In this document: one piece after another, positions 58,252 to 64,000 of the stretch
Layout of the letters: each line of letters opens with the position of its first letter
How positions within the stretch are numbered: position 1 is the stretch's first letter
Origin: Planctomycetota bacterium
GTDB taxonomy: Bacteria; Planctomycetota; Phycisphaerae; Phycisphaerales; UBA1924
Assembly (NCBI GenBank): GCA_039182735.1
Contig: JBCDCB010000006.1
Span: 4,971-68,970 of the forward strand
Length of the DNA stretch: 64,000 nt
Reading direction: 5' to 3'
The notes under the pieces: generated by a model
What the model was told of the DNA's origin: nothing
The model's database searches: none
The model's input: only the letters and a program-made list of their open reading frames with translations
Made by a program: the position numbers and the translations under genes

Positions 58252-59991
58252 TTACACGATCGAGATCAGTGTCTGCGTGAGCTCGTCCACCACGCTGATG
58301 AACCGGGCCGCGCCCTGGTACTGCTGCTGGAACGTGATGAGATTGATCGATTCCTCGTCAAGGCTGACGCCGCTGACCGCGGCGCGCTGCGCTTCGAGGT
58401 TCAGCCGCACGGTGTCGAGCGCCTCGAAGTTGGTGATCGCGGCGGACGTCTCGACGCCGATGCGCCCCGTCGTCTCGCCCCACTGTTCCAGCTGTGTGCG
58501 TCCACCGATCGAACCGATCGGCGCGTCGCGCAGCTGCGCGAGCGCCAGCACCGTGTCGTTCCGCCCCTCGCCCGAGCCCGTGACGAGCAGCGACGGATCG
58601 GCCTCCAGCTCTTCACGCACCGCGATGTCACCGGCGCTGGTGCCCTGGAAGAACGTGTTGATCCCGAAGACCGCCAGCGCCTCGCTGCTGTCGTCCTTGA
58701 ACGACACGTCGAAGCCCGCATCCGTAAACACACGCAGCCTGCCATCCGCGGTGATCTCGGCGTTCAGGTTCGCCACGCCATCGAGCGCCGCGACGATGTC
58801 GGCCATCGTCGTGTCATCGCCGAACCCCGCGGCACCCGTGTTGTCGATCCCATCGAGATCGACCTCGATCACCGATTCCGTCTGGTTCCCCGTCTGATCC
58901 GTGATGACGACCGTAAACGTCCCGTTCCGTGCGTTGATCGGCAGACCCGAGAAAGTCGCGTTCGTCGGATCGTTCAGCGCGAGCGTCTGGTCCGCCGGGT
59001 TTACCGCGAGCCACCCGGTGGTGTCCGTCAGCCCCGACGCGGCCCGCCCCTGCGAGTGCAGCACGTTCACCTCATGGATCAGCCGCGCCGACAACTCGTC
59101 GAGTTCATCGAGCACGCGCTGCACGGTGCCCTCACGCTGCGCAAGCAGCCCGCCGATGGTGCCTCCATCGGCGTCGATCACTTCGGGTGTCGTACCCGTC
59201 GTCACGACGTCTACTCGAAGTTCTCCGTTGATCTCGCGCCGGCGCACCTCGATCGATTCCGCCGTGCTCCCGCGCACCAACGGCGTCGAGCCGACGATCA
59301 CGTCCACCGATCCGCTGTTGCCCGGCGACGGCACGACCGTCACGTCCATGAGCACCGAGAGTTCGCTGATCAGCTGATCGCGCGCATCGCGCAACCCGTT
59401 CGCGCTGCCCTGCCCGCCCTCGGCGTTGATGATCGCCAGGTTCAGGTCCGCGATCTCCTGGATCAGCCCGTCCGCCGCCTCGACCTGATCCGCCAGCTGC
59501 TGATCCGTCTGCCGGCGAAGGTTGACCAGGTCACTGCGCATCCGCTGCATGAACGACGACACCGCAGCGCCCTGCTCGACCGCAGCGCCGCGCAGCTCGA
59601 CACTCGTCGGCGTGTCCGCGAGCGTCGAGAACGCATCGAAGAGCGCGCCGAGCTGGCTCGACAGGTCGTTCCCGCTGAGTTCGCCCAGCAGCGACTCGAC
59701 CTGCGACAGCGTGCCCTGCGCGACCGACGCGAAGCCCGAGTCACTGATCGCCGCGCGCAGGCGCTGCTGCACCGCGGGGTCGAGCACGCGCTGCACCTGA
59801 TCCGTCTGCACGCCGCGCCCGACGAACACGCCGTTCTGGATCTGCGTGTCGCCGAGCGCCGTCAGCCCCACGCGTTGACGCGAGTACCCCGGCGTCGCGA
59901 GGTTCGCGATGTTGTTGCCCGTCACCTGCAACGCGATCTGGCTCGCGCTGAGCGCCGAACGACCGACATAGAGCGAACTGGTGAGTCCCAT
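58252..59991 (-). CDS. flgK: Flagellar hook-associated protein 1 (FlgK)
   Basis: MGLTSSLYVGRSALSASQIALQVTGNNIANLATPGYSRQ N-terminus. C-terminal rod/hook helical segment. Confidence 0.85.
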   Translation of the reverse strand: MGLTSSLYVGRSALSASQIALQVTGNNIANLATPGYSRQRVGLTALGDTQIQNGVFVGRGVQTDQVQRVLDPAVQQRLRAAISDSGFASVAQGTLSQVESLLGELSGNDLSSQLGALFDAFSTLADTPTSVELRGAAVEQGAAVSSFMQRMRSDLVNLRRQTDQQLADQVEAADGLIQEIADLNLAIINAEGGQGSANGLRDARDQLISELSVLMDVTVVPSPGNSGSVDVIVGSTPLVRGSTAESIEVRRREINGELRVDVVTTGTTPEVIDADGGTIGGLLAQREGTVQRVLDELDELSARLIHEVNVLHSQGRAASGLTDTTGWLAVNPADQTLALNDPTNATFSGLPINARNGTFTVVITDQTGNQTESVIEVDLDGIDNTGAAGFGDDTTMADIVAALDGVANLNAEITADGRLRVFTDAGFDVSFKDDSSEALAVFGINTFFQGTSAGDIAVREELEADPSLLVTGSGEGRNDTVLALAQLRDAPIGSIGGRTQLEQWGETTGRIGVETSAAITNFEALDTVRLNLEAQRAAVSGVSLDEESINLITFQQQYQGAARFISVVDELTQTLISIV

Positions 59992-60003
59992 CGCGCGCGC
60001 CCC

Positions 60004-60531
60004 TTACCCCGTTGCGTCCACGCCGCTGATCACCGCCGGCCCGACCTCGACCGTCCCGAGCCTGCCGTACGTCTTCGCGTGGTTCAGCGTCTGCGCCACC
60101 TGCTTCGCGAGCCCCTGCATGTGCGCCGCGAGCATTTCCGCGGCCGATCGCGCCGACGCGTTCCGCTTCTGCACGCGCTGCATCAGCTCACGCAGCGACA
60201 GCGCCATCGTCCGCAACGCCGCGCCTCGGTCCCCCGGCACGTGCGACGCGATCTCGCTGAACGTCGTCCGCGCACCACGCTCCGATCCGATCATCGAAGC
60301 CAGCACGCCGACAACCTTCTGCCGACGCTCATCCAGTCGCCCGATCTCGCCGATCACCTCGCTCTCGCGTGTCAGGCAGCGACCGAGCCCGAAGGCATCG
60401 GCCTCGCGCATCGCGTCGCGACGCGCGTCGATGCACGCGAGCAGCGCGTGCTGCGCCTCGGCGAGCTTCTTCAGAACCTCCTCAAGCTCGTCGAGCTCGG
60501 GCACGAGCGGATCGATCAGGTCACGCGGCAT
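60004..60531 (-). CDS. flgN: FlgN-like flagellar export chaperone (tentative)
   Basis: 175-aa all-helical acidic protein immediately upstream of flgK, the canonical FlgN position. No strong motif. Confidence 0.45.
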   Translation of the reverse strand: MPRDLIDPLVPELDELEEVLKKLAEAQHALLACIDARRDAMREADAFGLGRCLTRESEVIGEIGRLDERRQKVVGVLASMIGSERGARTTFSEIASHVPGDRGAALRTMALSLRELMQRVQKRNASARSAAEMLAAHMQGLAKQVAQTLNHAKTYGRLGTVEVGPAVISGVDATG

Positions 60532-60928
60532 CGTTCGGCCCCCCGCTCTGCTCGCCCGCCGGGCGGATCGTGCGCATGACCGCGTCCACCAGCGGGAAGT
60601 TCTGCGACGACACGATCTCGTCCGCGATGTACTGGTCGAACATCCAGCCGAAGCTCTTCTCCGCCTCGCCCGGCGCGAAGGGCGCCGCCGCGTTGTTCGT
60701 CTCGCGCAGCTGCTTCAGAACCGGGTACACCAGCGCCCCGGCGATGAACCGCTCGGCATCCGCACGCAGCGCGTCTTCGGAGGATTCTCCCCGCCGTGCC
60801 TTGTCGAGCGCCGCCTCGAACCCGCCGGGTTCCGCCTGCGCACCGGGCGGCACGAGTCGGGCCAGCACCTCCGAGCCGCCGACGCGGACCGATGTGGTCA
60901 AATCGTTGAGTCCGAGCGCGCCGTCCAT
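60521..60928 (-). CDS. flgJ: Rod-binding protein (FlgJ N-terminal-domain-like, standalone)
   Basis: FIAGALVYPVLKQLRETNN...EKSFGWMFDQYIADEI follows the rod-binding-domain pattern (F.A.F...MLK.MR...F...E..F..M.D..LA..I). Sits right after flgI, as flgJ does. FlgM is a less likely alternative. Confidence 0.5.
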   Translation of the reverse strand: MDGALGLNDLTTSVRVGGSEVLARLVPPGAQAEPGGFEAALDKARRGESSEDALRADAERFIAGALVYPVLKQLRETNNAAAPFAPGEAEKSFGWMFDQYIADEIVSSQNFPLVDAVMRTIRPAGEQSGGPNDAA

Positions 60929-60930
60929 GG

Positions 60931-62043
60931 CTACTCCTCGATGAATTCCGCGTGCAGGTGGCCCACGCGATGAAGCTTCTTCAAAATCCCGATCTGATCT
61001 TCAACCGCGACATCGAGCTCCTTGAGCGCATCCAGCAGATCCTGCAGCCGCATACGCTCGCGATCGCTCTCGCTCGTAGACGCGCCGGTCCACGAGGTGT
61101 CCCGCACCAGCGGCTGCTGCGCCGTCGGGATCACCTCCGGCGTGATCCGCGTGATCACCAGGTCCTTGTGCGAGATCGCCACCGGGCTGATCTGCACGTC
61201 GCCCGTCATCACGATCGAACCCTCGCGCTCGTTCACGATGACGCGCGCCGGCAGTTCGAGCAGCGTCGGGCTGATCTGGCTCGCGAGGATCGTCGCGATG
61301 AACGCCGACGGATCCGCGAGTTCTTCCTGCGGGATCTCGACGCGCACCGACCGCGGGTCCAGCGCCCGCGCGATCGAACCCGCAGACGGGCCGAACCCCT
61401 CGTACTCCGAGTTGATGTGGCTCGCGATCAGCTGCGACGTCGTCCAGCCCGCGTACTCCGGCTCGATGTAGAGCGTCAGCGACCCGTCCGCCTCGATGAA
61501 ACGGGGCGAGTGCTCCACGGCCAACTGCGCACCGAGCCGCACGCGGCCCGACGTCGGTGTCTCGCTCTCGATCGAAATCGGTCCGTCCGCGAACGCGAAC
61601 ACGCCCTGCCCGGGCATCGGGCCCTGCAGCGGCGTGATAAACAGACGCCCGCCCTCCAGGCTCCCCGCGTTGTGCCACGCCTCCACCGTCGCGTCGATCT
61701 TGTCGCCCGGTTTCGCGCCCTCCGCCGGCACCTTCGCAGTCACCATCACCATCGCGATGTTCGATGCGCCTTCAAGCTCCTCGAGCGCCGGAACCGGGTT
61801 CCCGCCGCGCTCGAGCAGCCGCGCGAGTTGCCGCGCCATCGGCAGCGCACTCCCGCTATCGCCGGTCCCGTTCAGACCGACCACGAACCCGAGCCCCCAC
61901 AGCGTGGACTCGCCCGAGCCCTTCAGCCGCGTGAAGTCCTGGATCGTCGTCGCGCTCGCCGACGCGCAGAGCACGCCGATCAGCGCACATGCCGCGCTCA
62001 CGATCCTGCGCATCCCAACACGTTCTCTCGGCGTCCGTGCCAT
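60931..62043 (-). CDS. flgI: Flagellar P-ring protein FlgI
   Basis: Signal peptide, then FlgI blocks (LVGYGLVVGL-like GLGFVVGLNGTGDS, ARVIVNEREGSIVMTGDVQISPVAISH). Confidence 0.9.
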   Translation of the reverse strand: MARTPRERVGMRRIVSAACALIGVLCASASATTIQDFTRLKGSGESTLWGLGFVVGLNGTGDSGSALPMARQLARLLERGGNPVPALEELEGASNIAMVMVTAKVPAEGAKPGDKIDATVEAWHNAGSLEGGRLFITPLQGPMPGQGVFAFADGPISIESETPTSGRVRLGAQLAVEHSPRFIEADGSLTLYIEPEYAGWTTSQLIASHINSEYEGFGPSAGSIARALDPRSVRVEIPQEELADPSAFIATILASQISPTLLELPARVIVNEREGSIVMTGDVQISPVAISHKDLVITRITPEVIPTAQQPLVRDTSWTGASTSESDRERMRLQDLLDALKELDVAVEDQIGILKKLHRVGHLHAEFIEE

Positions 62044-62132
62044 GTCTTACTCATTTCGCAAACGACATGCCGCGCACCGGATGTCCGATGCGCGGCACGT
62101 GAAGTCATTCAATCAACGGACACAGCGAAGCG

Positions 62133-62825
62133 CTAGAAGTTGAAGATCCCCTCGATCACCCGCGGGATCAGCCCCTTCTTCGCGCCCTCACGCACACGCC
62201 CCTCGTGCTGAACGTTCAGGTTCAGGTCGAACATCTGGTTCGATTGCACCGTGTTCGTGCCCGTCACATCCTCGGTTCGGCACACGCCGCTGAGCACGAT
62301 GGTCTGCGTTTCTTCATCAGTGGTCAGCGACGTCCGCGCTTCGAGCAGAAGTGTGCCGTTGGGCTTGACTTCGAGCACGCGCGCCGTGATCCGCGTCGTC
62401 AGCGTGTCCTCGCGTCCGTACTCGCCCTCGCCCTCGAACTCGTTCGTGTAATTGAGGTTGATTCGCGGCGCCCGGTTCAGGTCGTCCTCGATCACCTGCG
62501 TTTCGAGCAGCGCCAGCAGATCGATGAACTGCTCCACCGCCCCGCTCACGTTGTAATCCTTCTCCGTCTCCAGCGTCTGCTCACGCTCGAAACTGCTCCG
62601 CTCGCTCACGATGATCGTCACCAGGTCCTGCTCCGCGAACGTCCGCGGCTCCGGCGGCTCGATCGCGTGCAAACTCACCTGCTGCAGCGGCAGCCCCTGC
62701 TCGGGCACCGCCGCCACGCCCGTGCGCGCGTCCTGCTCCGGCGCCGGCATCTCGTACAACGACTGCGCGCGCGCCTGCGCGCACACCACCAACACACCCA
62801 TCGTCACGATTATCGCGTGCTTCAT
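62133..62825 (-). CDS. flgH: Flagellar L-ring protein FlgH
   Basis: Signal MKHAIIVTMGVLVVCAQARAQSLY, FlgH blocks (DLVTIIVSE...LTTRITARVLEVKPNGTLLLEA). GGGAG Shine-Dalgarno before ATG 62823-62825. Confidence 0.85.
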   Translation of the reverse strand: MKHAIIVTMGVLVVCAQARAQSLYEMPAPEQDARTGVAAVPEQGLPLQQVSLHAIEPPEPRTFAEQDLVTIIVSERSSFEREQTLETEKDYNVSGAVEQFIDLLALLETQVIEDDLNRAPRINLNYTNEFEGEGEYGREDTLTTRITARVLEVKPNGTLLLEARTSLTTDEETQTIVLSGVCRTEDVTGTNTVQSNQMFDLNLNVQHEGRVREGAKKGLIPRVIEGIFNF

Positions 62826-62826
62826 C

Positions 62827-63876
62827 TCAGAGCTCCCTGTCCGATTCGCCGCCGACCAGCACCAGGCCCCGTCGCTGCACCACGCCGGTGAACGCGTTGC
62901 GCGCCCCATCGCGCTGCAGCTCGACGAGGTCACCCTCGCGCGCATCGCGCTGCGCGCGCGCACGTGTGCGGACCTCGATGCCGCCAACGATCGAGATGAC
63001 GTCCACCAGCTCGCCACGCTCCACGCAGATCGGTTTCTCGATCAGGTCGAGTCGCAGCAGATCGCCCGCGTCGATCCGCGTCTTGGCGACCCAGCCATCC
63101 ACATCATCGATATCCCGCACGAGCGAGGCCGACCCCGGGCGCATCCATCGGCGCTCGAGGCGCACGCTGTGCGCCCCGATCAGGTCGCTCCGCCCGATCC
63201 GCTCCGACGCGACCGCCACGTCTTCCAGGCATTCGATCATCGCGTGGATCGTGCGTTCACCGGCGAGCGACTCGCCCGAATACAACCGCACACGGAGCGA
63301 CACCCGGGGCGAGCCCTGCGCCGACACCGGTTCGATCGCGACTCGGTCCGACCCGTGCGCACCATCGAGGAACTCGTCATCCCGCACGTCAAACTCGATC
63401 TTGAGATTGGACGCGTGGCGCGATTCCCACGCCGCGATCGAGCGCACGACCTGCGCCCGCAGCGGCGTCATGGACTCGTCCTGCAGCCAATCCTGCGCCG
63501 TGCGCATCCGCTCGACATCCGTCTGCGTTGCCTGCACGATCGGGCGTGTGTTCGATCGGAACCACACCCGGCACGTCGAGCCGCTGAGCGCGACACGCGA
63601 CGCGCGCACGCCGCGCTCGATGATCGAGGCGCGCACGTCCCGGATCGTCACTTCGCGCCAGGCGCTCGATTCGCTCGCACCGCGCTCGAGCACGACGAGG
63701 TCCGCCAGCGCCATCGCGTCGTCGCCTTCGAGCGTCGCGACGTCGCCCAGCGTCACGTCCTCGCCCGGCGTCGCCACCGCCGACGCCCGCAGCACCACGC
63801 GATCGCCCAGCGCCACGCGCGCGCACAGCACCGCGAGCAGGCAGACGAGCACCAGTTGTGCGCACCGTGCGTTCAT
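62827..63876 (-). CDS. flgA: Flagellar P-ring assembly chaperone FlgA
   Basis: Signal peptide, C-terminal SAF domain (RIDAGDLLRLDLIE...GDLVELQ). Position upstream of flgH. Confidence 0.7.
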   Translation of the reverse strand: MNARCAQLVLVCLLAVLCARVALGDRVVLRASAVATPGEDVTLGDVATLEGDDAMALADLVVLERGASESSAWREVTIRDVRASIIERGVRASRVALSGSTCRVWFRSNTRPIVQATQTDVERMRTAQDWLQDESMTPLRAQVVRSIAAWESRHASNLKIEFDVRDDEFLDGAHGSDRVAIEPVSAQGSPRVSLRVRLYSGESLAGERTIHAMIECLEDVAVASERIGRSDLIGAHSVRLERRWMRPGSASLVRDIDDVDGWVAKTRIDAGDLLRLDLIEKPICVERGELVDVISIVGGIEVRTRARAQRDAREGDLVELQRDGARNAFTGVVQRRGLVLVGGESDREL

Positions 63877-63892
63877 GGATCAGCCCTCTCGA

Positions 63893-64000
63893 TCACCTGC
63901 GGAGCTGCGAGACCTGCTGCAGCACCTCGTCGGCCGTGCGGATCGACTGGGAGTTCATCTCGAACGCGCGCTGCGTGCGGATCAGGTCGATCAGTTCGCG
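63893..64000 (-). CDS. flgG: Flagellar basal-body rod protein FlgG (3' end only; gene continues beyond the window)
   Basis: Minus-strand translation RELIDLIRTQRAFEMNSQSIRTADEVLQQVSQLRR* matches the conserved rod-protein C-terminus (ETQRAYEMNSKAI). Stop TGA at 63893-63895. Confidence 0.7.
   Translation of the reverse strand, partial: RELIDLIRTQRAFEMNSQSIRTADEVLQQVSQLRR

Overview
Annotation by eye of a 64-kb, roughly 70% GC bacterial chromosomal segment, assigned to phylum Planctomycetota mainly on two tandem DUF1559 prepilin-type proteins and a PEP-CTERM protein. In high-GC DNA most long ORFs in the track are antisense or alternate-frame artefacts. I kept only frames whose translations show recognisable family motifs, and adjusted starts to conserved N-termini or ribosome-binding sites.

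Gene content, left to right:
- 1-6.5 kb: a 5'-partial MscS channel, an HDOD-GGDEF diguanylate cyclase, two tandem lipase-like hydrolases, plsC-cmk, and a TIM-barrel isomerase-like protein.
- 6.5-17 kb: gcvH, an ABC ATPase plus FtsX permease pair, and uvrB / corA / uvrA. UvrB and UvrA carry lysine-rich tails.
- 17-25 kb: two tandem paralogous membrane proteins, a CsaA-like tRNA-binding protein, dacB, bioB, a PEP-CTERM protein, miaB, and a zinc-ribbon membrane protein next to a fructosamine kinase.
- 25.5-36.4 kb: two DUF1559 proteins, ridA, tal, a Ser/Thr kinase, a flotillin-like SPFH protein, gap, an aminotransferase with a coupled 55-aa ORF, and a SPOR-like hypothetical protein.
- 36.4-44.4 kb: one minus-strand chaperone supercluster: groEL2, an unknown ORF, a DUF433/DUF5615 toxin-antitoxin-like pair, groES, groEL1, an unknown ORF, dnaJ, grpE, an FmdB zinc ribbon and acpS.
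- 44.6-49.3 kb: a second zinc-ribbon membrane protein divergent from an orphan MoxR ATPase, then hpt-ppa and pgi.
- 49.3-50.0 kb: a lower-GC islet carrying a small secreted ORF that continues in frame across a TGA codon.
- 50-64 kb: a minus-strand flagellar block with three tandem flagellins, csrA, fliW, flgL, flgK, flgN, a rod-binding protein, flgI, flgH, flgA and a 3'-partial flgG.

I saw no rRNA, tRNA, CRISPR array, transposase or integrase. The candidates I would look at first are the TA-like pair and unknown ORF embedded between the duplicated groEL genes, and the low-GC islet with the in-frame stop. Next are the tandem paralogous membrane proteins after uvrA, the zinc-ribbon membrane protein family and MoxR neighbour, and the CsrA-site-bearing triple flagellins.
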